NCBI GenBank assembly: GCA_016928955.1 | Contig: JAFGJV010000027.1 | Location: 1 to 64,000, forward strand | Length of the DNA: 64,000 nt | Direction of reading: 5' to 3' | From: Spirochaetales bacterium | GTDB taxonomy: Bacteria > Spirochaetota > Spirochaetia > Treponematales > UBA12059 | Shown: one piece after another, positions 46,538 through 56,725 of the stretch | Layout of the letters: every line of letters starts with the position of its first letter | Numbering within the stretch: position 1 is the first letter of the stretch | The notes under the pieces: generated by a model | Database searches by the model: none | The model's input: only the letters and a program-made list of their open reading frames with translations | What the model was told of the DNA's origin: nothing | Made by a program: the position numbers and the translations under genes

Positions 46538-46828
46538 TCACACCTGTTTCCACACGTAGCGGCCGCCCTGGTCTATGGCGTCAACGATGGCTACCACCAG
46601 CGTGTCCATGGGCCGGTCTGCGGTGCCGTCCGTCCAGCGGCAGGAACTGCCTTGGGTAAGCAGGACCAGCTGGTCCCGCGCCGCGCCGACCAGGTCCAGG
46701 GCCACGAGGAATTCCCCGCGGCCCTTGCCCGCCTGGTCGCAGTCCTCCACTAGGAGGTAGCGCGCGTCCTTTAGGCCGTCCGCCCGGACGGTGCCCACCA
46801 CGGTGCCGCTCACCCGCGCCAGGGTCAT
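46538..46828 (-). CDS. BMC-P pentamer (EutN/CcmL)
   Basis: VALDLVGA, GSS.R, DTLVVAIVD. Confidence 0.9.
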   Translation of the reverse strand: MTLARVSGTVVGTVRADGLKDARYLLVEDCDQAGKGRGEFLVALDLVGAARDQLVLLTQGSSCRWTDGTADRPMDTLVVAIVDAIDQGGRYVWKQV

Positions 46829-47127
46829 GCTTCCTGGCCTTTCGAGTAGGTCAGCGTGCCGTCCTTCTCTATCTGGTCGACTATGGCGATGATCGTGGCG
46901 TCGGACGGCTTGCCCTTGGTGGCCTCGGTCATGCGCGCGCTTGAGCCGGTCACGTAGAACACGATCTCGCCCGAGTTGGCGCCCACGGCGTCCACGGCCA
47001 CCACAAAGTCTCCCTTGCCCGCAAGCCCGGCCGGCTCGATCCTCTCCAGGAGGAGGAGGCGCTGGCCTTCCATGGACGGGCTTTTGTGCGTGGACACCAC
47101 CGTGCCCTTGACGCGCGCCAGTTGCAT
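46825..47127 (-). CDS. BMC-P pentamer (EutN/CcmL)
   Basis: VAVDAVGA, GSSAR, DATIIAIVD. Confidence 0.9.
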   Translation of the reverse strand: MQLARVKGTVVSTHKSPSMEGQRLLLLERIEPAGLAGKGDFVVAVDAVGANSGEIVFYVTGSSARMTEATKGKPSDATIIAIVDQIEKDGTLTYSKGQEA

Positions 47128-47139
47128 GCTCGGTATCCC

Positions 47140-47445
47140 TTATTTCTTGGCCGGAGCCGGCTTCCTGCCCAGGGGCAGGGCCGCGTCCACGGCCTCGTGC
47201 GGCCTGGGTATCACGTGGGTGGACACCACCTCGCCCACCTTCTCGGCGGCGCGGGCGCCAGCGTCCACGGCAGCCCTGCAGGCCGCCACGTCGCCGCGCA
47301 CGATGGCGGTCACGTAACCGCCGCCGGTGCGCTCGTGGCCCACCAGGTCCACCTTGGCGGCCTTGACCATAGCGTCGGCCGCCTCGACCATGGCGGCAAA
47401 GCCGCGGGTTTCTATCATCCCAAGAGCGTCGTTCATCTCTGCCAT
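47140..47445 (-). CDS. BMC-H hexamer shell protein
   Basis: ALGMIET.G...[10 protein letters not shown]...HVIPRPH. Confidence 0.95.
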   Translation of the reverse strand: MAEMNDALGMIETRGFAAMVEAADAMVKAAKVDLVGHERTGGGYVTAIVRGDVAACRAAVDAGARAAEKVGEVVSTHVIPRPHEAVDAALPLGRKPAPAKK

Positions 47446-47500
47446 ATTCCTGTCTCCCCTGTTTTATGCCGGCGGATCCGATGCGCCCCGCCGGGCCGCC

Positions 47501-48142
47501 TCAGATGCGGCCGCCCTTGGCCTCTACCACGCGGCCGGATATGTCGCCGAGCCGCGCCTCTACCACCTTGCGGGCCTCTATGACCTCGGCCTCGTCGCCC
47601 GCTATGTACACCCGCCCAAAGGCGCCGAAACCGACCACCTCGATGATGTTCACGTCCGACGTCTTTTCAGCCTCGTTGGCCGCGTAGTACGCGTAACCGG
47701 CCGGCTCAACCTCGAGCACGTACAGCGTGTCGCCGCGGAGCACCATGTTGCCGTGGCGCACCTTGTTGATCAGCTGGGCGTGATGGTCGGACACGTTCTT
47801 GATCAGCTGGCTGGTCAGGATGCGCGGCTTAAGCCGGTTGTCCTCGGTCATGCCCAGCTCGCGCAGGACGGCCTCGCCCGCCATCCGGGCGTCGCCCTGG
47901 TTGTCCGAGTGGACCTCCAGGAGCCCGTACGCGCGCTCCACGATCTGGAGGCCGGGCGTCACGTTGGTGGCCTTGAGAGCCACGTCGGTCAGGCGGTTGA
48001 TCTCGATGCCGGGCGCTATCTCGATGATGCAGCAGGCCTGCATGCCCACCGGGTAGTAGCCCTTGGAAATGGTGGCAATGAAGGACGCGTTCTGGAGCTG
48101 GAGGGAGTCCAGGAACACGTAGGTGCGAAGGTCTATGGCCAT
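47501..48142 (-). CDS. BMC-T tandem shell protein (CcmP/CsoS1D-like, permuted)
   Basis: LRTYVFLDSLQ, VERAYGLLE, GAFGR. Confidence 0.88.
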   Translation of the reverse strand: MAIDLRTYVFLDSLQLQNASFIATISKGYYPVGMQACCIIEIAPGIEINRLTDVALKATNVTPGLQIVERAYGLLEVHSDNQGDARMAGEAVLRELGMTEDNRLKPRILTSQLIKNVSDHHAQLINKVRHGNMVLRGDTLYVLEVEPAGYAYYAANEAEKTSDVNIIEVVGFGAFGRVYIAGDEAEVIEARKVVEARLGDISGRVVEAKGGRI

Positions 48143-48145
48143 GGC

Positions 48146-48439
48146 TTACGCGTCCTTCCTGCCCAGCGGCAGGGCGGCGTCCACGGCGTTGTGCGGCCGC
48201 GGAATCACGTGCGTCGATACCACCTCGCCCACCTTCTCGGCCGAGCGTACGCCCGCGTCCACGGCGGCGCGGCAGGCTGCCACGTCTCCCCGGATGATGG
48301 CCGTTACGTAGCCGCCGCCGGTCTTCTCGTACCCCACCAGGTCCACCTTGGCGGCTTTGACCATGGCGTCAGCGGCTTCCACCATGGCGGCAAAACCCTT
48401 CGTCTCGATCATACCGAGAGCGTCCATACTCTCCGACAT
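48146..48439 (-). CDS. BMC-H hexamer shell protein
   Basis: Near-identical to 47140-47445. Confidence 0.95.
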   Translation of the reverse strand: MSESMDALGMIETKGFAAMVEAADAMVKAAKVDLVGYEKTGGGYVTAIIRGDVAACRAAVDAGVRSAEKVGEVVSTHVIPRPHNAVDAALPLGRKDA

Positions 48440-48498
48440 GTTTCCTCCTCATGGTACCCGCTGCCTGGGGCCGCGGCCATCTTTCAGCGTTATAGGGT

Positions 48499-48560
48499 AT
48501 TGTAGGTACAGCGATGTTATATGTCAAGCATTTTGGCGCTTATTTGTTATTATTTTAACA
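48499..48560 (-). promoter_or_regulatory. BMC operon sigma70 promoter and DeoR-type operator
   Basis: TTGACA-17-TACAAT (48527 to 48499); TGTTA-N6-TAACA at 48545-48560. Confidence 0.75.
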
Positions 48561-48646
48561 TCCATGCTTGTCAAAGCTGTGGTTCTCTTATACGATGTTT
48601 CCGTGAAAACCATAACGCCGGCGGCCGCCCTCTACAAGAGGGCGGT

Positions 48647-49429
48647 ATGACCCGGACCGAGCGCCTGGCTCGCATACTTGCCATCCTCGAGGAACACAAG
48701 GCATCCACCGTGCCCGAGCTGGCCGGGGAACTGGACGTGTCGCACATGACCGTGCGCCGCGACCTGGTGAGCCTGGTGGACGACGAACGGGTCAAGATAC
48801 TCCACGGCAGCGTCATCCTCCACCCCAAGAGCGACTCGCGGAGCGTGGACAGCTACTATTCGCTGATAGCGGCGGGATCCCTGCACCGCAAGCAGAAACG
48901 GGCCATAGGCGCCCTGGCGGCCAGCCTGGTCGAGCCTGACGACGCGCTGATCATAGACTCGGGGTCCACCACCGAGTACCTGGCCAAGGAACTGCCGTCG
49001 GACCGGCCCTACTCCGCCCTCAGCTACTCGCTGAACGTCCTGTCGGAAACCGTCAGGCGGAAAAACTGCCGGACCCTGTTCGCCGGCGGCGTGTTCCACG
49101 ACAACACCCTGATGTTCGAAGGCCCGGAAGCCCTGGACATGATCAGGCGCTACCGGGCCAGCAAGGCCTTCATATCGTCGGCCGGCCTGTCAGCGCAGTT
49201 CGGCGTCACCTGCATGAACCCCTACGAGCGCGAGACCAAGCTGGCCGTCATGCAGTCTTCGTTAAGGAAAATACTCCTGGTCGACTCGTCCAAATTCGGC
49301 GTGGTGCGTTCCGAGTGGTTCGCAAACCTGTCCGACTTTGACGAGCTGGTCACCGATTCCAGCCTGGGTGACGATGACGAGACCATCATCCGGGGCATGG
49401 GCATCCGCCTGCACATAGCCCGGGTGTAG
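48647..49429 (+). CDS. deoR: DeoR-family repressor
   Basis: VSHMTVRRDL HTH; IDSGSTT; DSSKFG. Confidence 0.9.
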   Translation: MTRTERLARILAILEEHKASTVPELAGELDVSHMTVRRDLVSLVDDERVKILHGSVILHPKSDSRSVDSYYSLIAAGSLHRKQKRAIGALAASLVEPDDALIIDSGSTTEYLAKELPSDRPYSALSYSLNVLSETVRRKNCRTLFAGGVFHDNTLMFEGPEALDMIRRYRASKAFISSAGLSAQFGVTCMNPYERETKLAVMQSSLRKILLVDSSKFGVVRSEWFANLSDFDELVTDSSLGDDDETIIRGMGIRLHIARV

Positions 49430-49441
49430 CGCCGGGCGACG

Positions 49442-50020
49442 CTAGCGCGCGGAGCCGCCTTGCAGCGCGTCCTCGGCCCTGCGGGCCAGGGCTATCAGGT
49501 GGGCGGCCACGTCGGGTGGCCAGCCGGCTGCCTGCTGGCGGAAACGGTCAAACTGGCCGGCGTACAAGGCGCGCGACGCTTCCTCGCAGCCGGCCTGGTT
49601 CCCGGCCAGCACCCACAGTTCACGGTCCGCTGCCTCAACCATGCCGCGGGCCACGGCCTCCGCGGGCTCGGCCTTTATGGCCTGGTTAATCAGGCGCCTG
49701 AGCGCCGCGGACGCGCTGTTCGGCTGGCGGGCAAGCCAGTCCCAGTGCCGGGGCAACAGCGACACCTCGGCGCTCGTCACGCCCAGGCTCGGCCGGCCGC
49801 GCCCTGGTCGTTTGCGCTCCGGGATATTCCGTTCCAAAACCTCGTCCAGCGAGCCTCGAAGGTCAAAGTCCAGCTGGCGGCCGCTGGAGTCGTCAAAAAC
49901 CAGGACTCCATGGCCGCCCGAGCTGTCCATGTCGGCCTTCAGCGCTTTCAGAACCGCTTCAAGGCCGCCGTGTGCCAGAAGCCGCTGGGCCTTGAAGGCC
50001 GTGTAGCTTGTGTTATCCAT
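49442..50020 (-). CDS. DUF2239 family protein
   Basis: FDDSSGRQLDFDLRG, GRPSLGV, EVSLLPRHWDWL, EEASRALYA. Confidence 0.85.
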   Translation of the reverse strand: MDNTSYTAFKAQRLLAHGGLEAVLKALKADMDSSGGHGVLVFDDSSGRQLDFDLRGSLDEVLERNIPERKRPGRGRPSLGVTSAEVSLLPRHWDWLARQPNSASAALRRLINQAIKAEPAEAVARGMVEAADRELWVLAGNQAGCEEASRALYAGQFDRFRQQAAGWPPDVAAHLIALARRAEDALQGGSAR

Positions 50021-50027
50021 GCCGGTA

Positions 50028-50074
50028 TTTTTACCCTGGTATTAATCCTGTGTCAATAGTACCCGGGTATTAAT
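50028..50074 (-). promoter_or_regulatory. Promoter with two TACCC(T/G)GGTATTAAT boxes upstream of DUF2239
   Basis: Boxes at 50032-50046 and 50060-50074; TTGACA-17-TAAAAA. Confidence 0.65.
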
Positions 50075-50076
50075 AC

Positions 50077-51270
50077 TCAGCGGATGCTTGCCGCAAAGCG
50101 CTTTCCGTACTCGTAGGCCGCTTCCAGGGCCGCCGGGTCCGGGTTCCATAAAGCCTTGAAGCCATCATCCACCAGTTCAAAACCGGCGTCCTTAAGACGG
50201 GTACCCAGCACGGCCACCGATTCCCCAGACCAGCCATAGGTTCCAAAGGCCGCCGCCTTCTTGCCGGTGAACTTGAGGCCCTTCATTTCCTCCATGACCA
50301 TGGCCACCGCGCTTAGGATGCCTTTGTTCACCGTGGGCGAACCCATAAGCACGGCCTTGGAGCGGAACACGTCGGTCAGGGCGTCGTTCTTGTCGAACTT
50401 GGACAGGGAATGGGCGACTACGGTGGTTGATGGCGACGCGTCGCTTATGCCGCGGGCCAGGGCCTCGGCCAGGGTCCGGGTGCCGTTCCACATGCTGTCG
50501 TACAGGATGGCCACGCGGTCTTCCTGGTACGACTGGCTCCAGTCCAGGTACTTCTTGACGATCTGCGTGGGGTCGTCTCTCCAAATGACTCCGTGGCTGG
50601 TGGCTATCATGGATACCGGCAGGCCCAGGGCAAGCACCTGGTCTATTTTGGCCTTCACCAACGGGGAGAAGGGCGTCAGGATGTTGGCGTAGTATTTGAT
50701 GCACTCTTCCTCAAGCTCGGCCTGGTCCACCTGGTCGTTGAACAGGCGCTCGGTGGCCAGATGCTGTCCAAAGGCGTCATTGGAGAACAGGATGGCGTCG
50801 CCGGTCATGTAGCTGAACATGCTGTCCGGCCAGTGGAGCATGGGCGCTTCCACGAACACCAGCTTCTTGCCGTTGCCCAGGTCAAACTCGTCGCCGGTCT
50901 TGACCGGGTGGAAATCCCAGTCCTGGTGGTAATGGCCCTTGAGCGACTTGATGCCGTTTGCAGAGCAGTACACGGGCAGATCAGGCCTTCTCCTCATGAG
51001 CTCTGGCATGGCGCCCGAATGGTCCACCTCCGCGTGCTGGGCTATCACGGCGTCCAGCTTGGAAAGAAGCCCCTCCGCTTCCAGGTTGTCCACGAATTCC
51101 TTGGCAAAAGGGGCCCATACCGTGTCTATGAGGACGGTTTTGCCCTCCTCTATCACGTAGCTGTTGTAGGTGGAACCCCTGTGCGTGGAAAACTCGTCGC
51201 CGTGAAAGGTTTCAAGTTCCCAGTCCACCTTGCCCACCCAGGACACGTTGCCCGCTACCAGCTTCTTCAC
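50077..51270 (-). CDS. fprA: Class A flavodiiron protein (FprA)
   Basis: HAEVDH, HWPD, NDAFGQH, flavodoxin SMWNGT, FGTYGWSG. Confidence 0.92.
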   Translation of the reverse strand: MKKLVAGNVSWVGKVDWELETFHGDEFSTHRGSTYNSYVIEEGKTVLIDTVWAPFAKEFVDNLEAEGLLSKLDAVIAQHAEVDHSGAMPELMRRRPDLPVYCSANGIKSLKGHYHQDWDFHPVKTGDEFDLGNGKKLVFVEAPMLHWPDSMFSYMTGDAILFSNDAFGQHLATERLFNDQVDQAELEEECIKYYANILTPFSPLVKAKIDQVLALGLPVSMIATSHGVIWRDDPTQIVKKYLDWSQSYQEDRVAILYDSMWNGTRTLAEALARGISDASPSTTVVAHSLSKFDKNDALTDVFRSKAVLMGSPTVNKGILSAVAMVMEEMKGLKFTGKKAAAFGTYGWSGESVAVLGTRLKDAGFELVDDGFKALWNPDPAALEAAYEYGKRFAASIR

Positions 51271-51476
51271 CGTTCCCTCCTCGAGTGCGTCTGGCGCTAC
51301 CCAGCGCACCCGGAAATAATACTAGTACATTCCTTTTTTGTCAATTTGGTACTCTTTTACCTTTTATAGTCGAACAAGATATTTACAAATGACCCAAAAC
51401 CGTATGCTTCCGCGCGGACTGCCTTTTATGCGGCTCGAAGCTTTGATGCCCGGCCACCGCCGCTGCCGCCGGGCGC

Positions 51477-51503
51477 AAAAAAACCCGCGCGCCGCGCGGG
51501 TTT
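51477..51503 (-). terminator. Rho-independent terminator
   Basis: AAACCCGCGCG/CGCGCGGGTTT hairpin, T7 on the minus strand. Confidence 0.7.
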
Positions 51504-51525
51504 CTGTACGCTCATTGGCGGGGCG

Positions 51526-52230
51526 TCAAGCCTCGGCTATCAGCAGGGTCTTGGCATCCAGCTTGATCCGGAGGTCCTCAGGATTCATGCGCCCGTGATC
51601 CTTGACCACGGTAAAGTGTATGTATTCGGTCTTGGGTTCCAGGAGTATCAGCACCGATATGTCCTTGATGTACTCGCGCAGGAGGACCGGCACGTTGTGC
51701 TTATCCACCAGGGGCTCCTCGCCCACCATGGTGCACGAGTACCAGAACTCAAGGCCCATGGACGACGCGAACTCGCGGACAGCCGCAAAGTGGGCGGCGT
51801 CCGCCCGGCTGAAGTCAAAGCCGTCCGTGATGATGGCGTCGGCCTTGAAGCCGCCCTCCACGATCAGGGCCGACAGCGACTTGAGTATCTGCTCGGTAGT
51901 GACGCCTTCCTGGTTGAAATTCATGATGACGCGGTTCTTGACCAGCTCGTCGTGCACGTCGTGGAAGTTTTCCAGATTCTTGCGCTTGGCCACCTCGGTG
52001 AATATGTTCTCGTACCAGGAGATGACGTAGCTGGTGTGCGTGGTGAAGGACACATGGATGACCTTCTTGCCCTGCATGAGCTTGTCCAGGGCCAGCTGCA
52101 CGAGGACGCTCGTCTTGCCTATGCCCTTGCGGCTGGCTATGACGCCAATGTTGCCCGCCTTGAGTCCGCCCTCGATACCTTTCTCGAGGATGCGGACCGG
52201 GCTTTTCTTGATAAGCTCCTCTTTCAGCAT
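51526..52230 (-). CDS. RecA/KaiC-fold P-loop protein of unknown function
   Basis: GGL.AG.IGVI.SRKGIGKT, IITDG. Confidence 0.75.
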   Translation of the reverse strand: MLKEELIKKSPVRILEKGIEGGLKAGNIGVIASRKGIGKTSVLVQLALDKLMQGKKVIHVSFTTHTSYVISWYENIFTEVAKRKNLENFHDVHDELVKNRVIMNFNQEGVTTEQILKSLSALIVEGGFKADAIITDGFDFSRADAAHFAAVREFASSMGLEFWYSCTMVGEEPLVDKHNVPVLLREYIKDISVLILLEPKTEYIHFTVVKDHGRMNPEDLRIKLDAKTLLIAEA

Positions 52231-52384
52231 GGGAACTCCTTGTCGACGTGGTTTTGTTCGGGGAAGGGGCTACTGAGTCTAAAAACGCTGGCGCTTCTGG
52301 CCGTTCTTTCCATCGTCACCCCTTGAGTATACGTTCCGTCCGGCCGCTTGGCAAACGCCATGGCGTGCCGGACGGAAGCCCAGG

Positions 52385-54475
52385 CTACCGGCCCTGCTCG
52401 GCCTTCCTCTTGTCCAGGTACTCCTTGCGGAGCTGCTCGGACACGCTGGACGGCACCTTGCCGTATTTCATGAACTCCATGGTGAACTCCGCCTTGCCCT
52501 GGGTCAGGGAGCGCAGGACCGTGGAGAAGCCGAACATCTCCGACAGGGGCACCTCGGCCTCAACGCGGCTGAAGGCGCCTTCCTCCGTGCTGGACGTGAT
52601 GACGCCCCGGCGCTGGTTGATGGTGGCAAACATGTTGCCCTGGAACTCTGTGGGACCCTCCAAGGCCACCTTCATGATGGGCTCAAGGATCACGGGCTTG
52701 GCCTTCTCGTACGCGTCGCGGAAGGCGCCGATGGCGGCCAGCTGGAAGGCTATGTCGGACGAGTCCACGGGGTGGCTCTGGCCGTCGTTGATGGCGCAGC
52801 GAATATTGACCACGGGGAAGCCGATCAGGCTGCCCTTCTTGATGGCCTCGCGGAAGCCCTTGTCGCAGGACGGAATGAACTCGTTGGGTATGGCGCCGCC
52901 CTTGATCTGGTCGGAGAACTCGTATACCTGCTCCTCAACGGGTTCCATGTAGCCGGCCACGCGGCCGTACTGGCCGGAGCCGCCGGTCTGCTTCTTGTGG
53001 GTGTAGTTGAAATCGGAGCGCTGGGTGATGGTCTCGCGGTAGGCCACCTGGGGCATGCCGGTTTCCACCTCGCACTTGTACTCGCGCTTCATGCGCTCTA
53101 TGTACACGTCCAGGTGCAGTTCGCCCATGCCCTGGATGATGGTCTGATTGGACTCGGGATCCACATAGGTGCGGAAGGTGGGATCTTCCTTGGTAAAGCG
53201 GTTGAGCGCCTTGGACATCTGGTCGGCGCTCTTCTTGTCCTTGGGGTTGATGGCCAGGGATATGACCGGCTCGGGCACGAACATGCTGGTCATGGCGTAA
53301 TTGATGGACGGATCGCAGAAAGTGTCGCCGGACGCGCACTCGATGCCGAACAGGGCCACGATGTCGCCCGGGTTGCCCTCGTTGATGTCTTCCATAGACG
53401 CCGAATGCATGCGCACCAGGCGGCCCACCTTGAAGCGCTTGCGGGCGCGGGTGTTAAGAAGCTCGGTGCCTTTCTTGATGGAGCCCTGGTATATGCGCAC
53501 GTAGGTGAGCTGGCCGTACTGCCCGTCCTCCAGCTTGAAGGCCAAGGCCACGGTGGGCAGGCCGTCGCGGGACTGCACCTCCATGGGAGTCTCGTTCTTG
53601 TCCAGGTCCAGGGCCACGTTCTTGACCTCGTCGGGGGCCGGCAGGAAGCTGGCCACGCCGTCCAGGAGGAGCTGCACGCCCTTGTTCTTGTATGCCGAGC
53701 CCACAAAGATGGGCACGAACTGCAGGGCTATGGTGCCCTTGCGCACGGCCGCGCGGATCATGTCCGGCGTCTCGGTACCCTCAAGATAGGCCTCCGCCAG
53801 CTCGTCGGAGAACATGGACGCGCTGTCCAGGAGCTCCTCGCGGTGCTTGCGGGCGTCGTCCAGCATGTGGGCGGGTATCTCGGCGTAGCGCAGGTCCACG
53901 CCGCCCTCGCCGTCAAAGTAGACGGCCTTCATCTCGATCAGGTCTATGATGCCTTCCAGCTTGTCTTCCAGGCCTATGGGCAGGGTGACAAAGGCGGCGT
54001 TCAGGCCGAGTTTTTCCACGATCTGGTTGCGGACGCGGTAGGGGTTGGCGCCCGTGCGGTCGCACTTGTTGATGAAAACCAGGCGGGGCACGTTGTAGCG
54101 CTTGAGCTGGCGGTCCACCGTCAGGGTCTGGGACTGCACGCCGCCCACGGAGCAGAGCACCAGTACGGCCCCGTCCAGCACGCGGAGGGCGCGTTCCACC
54201 TCGATGGTAAAGTCCACGTGGCCGGGTGTGTCGATCAGGTTGACCGTGTAATCCTTCCACTGCACGTTGGTGGCCGCTGACTGTATGGTGATGCCGCGCT
54301 CGCGCTCAAGGTCCATGGAGTCCATGGTAGCGCCAACGCCGTCCTTGCCGCGCACCTCGTGGATGGCGTGGATCTTGCGGCAGTAGAACAGGATGCGCTC
54401 GGACAGGGTGGTCTTGCCCGAATCGATGTGGGCGCTGATGCCGATATTGCGCATCTTGGAAATGTCGAAAGCCAT
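52385..54475 (-). CDS. fusA: Elongation factor G (spirochaete/mitochondrial EF-G1 type)
   Basis: [44 protein letters not shown]. Confidence 0.96.
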   Translation of the reverse strand: MAFDISKMRNIGISAHIDSGKTTLSERILFYCRKIHAIHEVRGKDGVGATMDSMDLERERGITIQSAATNVQWKDYTVNLIDTPGHVDFTIEVERALRVLDGAVLVLCSVGGVQSQTLTVDRQLKRYNVPRLVFINKCDRTGANPYRVRNQIVEKLGLNAAFVTLPIGLEDKLEGIIDLIEMKAVYFDGEGGVDLRYAEIPAHMLDDARKHREELLDSASMFSDELAEAYLEGTETPDMIRAAVRKGTIALQFVPIFVGSAYKNKGVQLLLDGVASFLPAPDEVKNVALDLDKNETPMEVQSRDGLPTVALAFKLEDGQYGQLTYVRIYQGSIKKGTELLNTRARKRFKVGRLVRMHSASMEDINEGNPGDIVALFGIECASGDTFCDPSINYAMTSMFVPEPVISLAINPKDKKSADQMSKALNRFTKEDPTFRTYVDPESNQTIIQGMGELHLDVYIERMKREYKCEVETGMPQVAYRETITQRSDFNYTHKKQTGGSGQYGRVAGYMEPVEEQVYEFSDQIKGGAIPNEFIPSCDKGFREAIKKGSLIGFPVVNIRCAINDGQSHPVDSSDIAFQLAAIGAFRDAYEKAKPVILEPIMKVALEGPTEFQGNMFATINQRRGVITSSTEEGAFSRVEAEVPLSEMFGFSTVLRSLTQGKAEFTMEFMKYGKVPSSVSEQLRKEYLDKRKAEQGR

Positions 54476-54879
54476 GCTCGTTCCTCTGTTCACAACTAAG
54501 GTAGGGTTCAAGGCGCGCTCATGGGGCGCCGCCCCCGAGGTACGTTGTTCTGTTGGTGATTGACTTTCCGTAAGCGCCAGGCTTGCCAAGCCAGACCATC
54601 CAGAAAGCGCTTTAGTATGAAAAAACGTACTCAGCGCGGAGTATAGTGAAAAACGCCAGTATATGCAATAGGTCCGGACACAAGCCGCAAAAGCGTCGTG
54701 CCCCGAATGCAGGGCCAGAACCCCGGCGCGGCCCACTTGACGGTGTCAAGAAAATTCGTACAATTGGCCGCAATCCAAAAAATAGCTAAATTATCTCCAT
54801 TGGTGGCGACGCCTCTGGACCGGAACACTGGTAGCCGGCCCAGGCGAGCCTCCAAAACCGAACAGGGAGAATTCGCAGG

Positions 54880-55638
54880 ATGCTGAAAGATACCGTACTC
54901 AGGGTTGCCAAGCCCGTATTTGCCACCGCGCTCCTTGCGGCCGCGTCGTTTTTGGGCGGCGCCTGCTCCAAGGACGACGAACTGTCCTACGTACCCAGCG
55001 GTTTTGCCGCCATGAGCGACATACCCAGTGAAGGGTACGCAGCGGCCATGAAGAGCCTCGAGAGGGCCGACCATATCAGCCAGCTGTATATGAAACCGAC
55101 GGGCAGGGACCTAACCTTGGCCTTTTTCTCGGCGCTGACCGGTTCCCAGCAGGTGGCCAAGGCCATCCTGGACGCGGCCGTGGACCAGAACGTCCCGCCG
55201 GCCCTGGCCTTTGCCTTGGCGTACGAGGAGAGCCACTACAAAACAGCCGCCGTGGGCCACAACGCGGATTCCGTGGACCGGGGCCTGTTCCAGCTCAACT
55301 CGAAATCCTTCCCCAGCCTCAGCTCCAAGGACTTTTTCGATCCGGTCACCAACGCCGAGCACGGCGTCAGCCACCTGGCCTACTGCCTCAAGGCCGGCGG
55401 CAACGAAGTGGCGGCCCTGGCCATGTACAACGCCGGCCAGACCCGCGTGTCCAGGGGCGGCACGCCGCGCAAGACCCTGGACTATATCTTCCGCATAACC
55501 AATTACCGCGCCAACCTGGAAGCCCTCTTTGAGGCCCAGGTCGTGGCCAAGATGGAAGTGCCGGAGGGCATGCCCCTCCTGGCCTTGGCAGACCGCCCCG
55601 AGCGCGCCCCAAACAACGACGAGAATATACGGTTTTAA
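54880..55638 (+). CDS. SLT-domain lytic transglycosylase (putative lipoprotein)
   Basis: EES, RGLFQL, MYNAG. Confidence 0.88.
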   Translation: MLKDTVLRVAKPVFATALLAAASFLGGACSKDDELSYVPSGFAAMSDIPSEGYAAAMKSLERADHISQLYMKPTGRDLTLAFFSALTGSQQVAKAILDAAVDQNVPPALAFALAYEESHYKTAAVGHNADSVDRGLFQLNSKSFPSLSSKDFFDPVTNAEHGVSHLAYCLKAGGNEVAALAMYNAGQTRVSRGGTPRKTLDYIFRITNYRANLEALFEAQVVAKMEVPEGMPLLALADRPERAPNNDENIRF

Positions 55639-55671
55639 GTGCGTACGGGGGCTGGCTCGTCTGCCCTGATA

Positions 55672-56430
55672 TCAGCGCTTGGCCGTCCAGGCCAGGGTAC
55701 CGAATTTTTCCGCGGCCAGGCGTTCGGCACCGGCCTGCTCGGCTTCCGTGGGCTGGCCAGGCGCCAACTCGGCGCCAAAGGCGGACGCAAAGGCCGGGCG
55801 GAAGGTTGCCACCGCCTCGTCGTAGCCAAAGGGGCGCCCCAGCATGGCGCTCACCGAGCTGACCCTGGCTTTTACGTCCGCTATCAGCTTTCCCTTGAGC
55901 TTCTCGTTGGGCACCTTGAGCAGGGCGAACATCTGGTCCACGTCCACGTCCAGGAGCACGGTCCCGTGCTGCAGAAGACAGCCCTTCTTGCGCGTCTGCG
56001 CGTTGCCGGACAGCTTCTTGCCGCCCGCAACCACGTCGTTGAGGGGAGCGAACTCAGCGGGTATGCCCAGCGACGACAGCCCGAGGACCAGGCCGCCACA
56101 GATGGACCGGTAGCTGTCCAGGATGCTGCCGGCGGCCAGCGGATGCGACTCGGGCACCACGATGCTGTAGGTCAGCTCGGCCGCGTGGAACACGGCGCCG
56201 CCCCCCGTGACCCTGCGCACCACGTCCACGCCGCTGGCCGAGCAGGCTTCCCTGTCCACCTCGTCATTGAGGCCCTGAAAGTACCCGAGCGACACGGCCC
56301 AGGGTTTCCATGCGTACAGACGCAGGGTAGGCTGGCTGCGGCCTGCTGCCACCTCGTCCAGAACGGCCTCGTCCAGGCCCATGTTGAAGGCGGCCGGGCG
56401 GGCGCCCGTTTCCAGATATCGTAGCTGCAT
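55672..56430 (-). CDS. Lipoate-protein ligase catalytic domain (LplA-N/LipM-like)
   Basis: NMGLDE, RRVTGGGAVFH, KKLSGNAQ, LQHGT. Confidence 0.92.
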   Translation of the reverse strand: MQLRYLETGARPAAFNMGLDEAVLDEVAAGRSQPTLRLYAWKPWAVSLGYFQGLNDEVDREACSASGVDVVRRVTGGGAVFHAAELTYSIVVPESHPLAAGSILDSYRSICGGLVLGLSSLGIPAEFAPLNDVVAGGKKLSGNAQTRKKGCLLQHGTVLLDVDVDQMFALLKVPNEKLKGKLIADVKARVSSVSAMLGRPFGYDEAVATFRPAFASAFGAELAPGQPTEAEQAGAERLAAEKFGTLAWTAKR

Positions 56431-56434
56431 GCGC

Positions 56435-56725
56435 CTATCCTTGCTTGATGGCTGAGGACACGATCGACTCCACGGCGTCGTCCAGGTCCGAGGGCAACAG
56501 CCCAAAGAGGGTAACGCCCCTGGCTTCAAGCTGGCGGCCGAACACCTGGCCAAGTTCGGTCAGGGGCACACCGGCCAGGCCGTCCTCGGCTGCGTCAAAA
56601 CCGTCCTCCGGATGCGCAAAAAAGTCGCCGCGGATGCTGACGCGCTCGGCCCTGCCGTCCTGCCAGTAGAGATCCACCCTAAGGAGCTTCCCGCCCCTGC
56701 CCTTGCCCACGTATGACCCGGTCAC
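56435..56725 (-). CDS. Stand-alone lipoate ligase C-terminal domain (LplB-like)
   Basis: K..GGKLLRV...I.GDFFAHPE. Confidence 0.8.
   Translation of the reverse strand: MTGSYVGKGRGGKLLRVDLYWQDGRAERVSIRGDFFAHPEDGFDAAEDGLAGVPLTELGQVFGRQLEARGVTLFGLLPSDLDDAVESIVSSAIKQG

Noticed and set aside
54476..54879. Long fusA upstream region as a riboswitch or leader RNA
   Set aside because: No recognisable motif; consistent with divergent promoters
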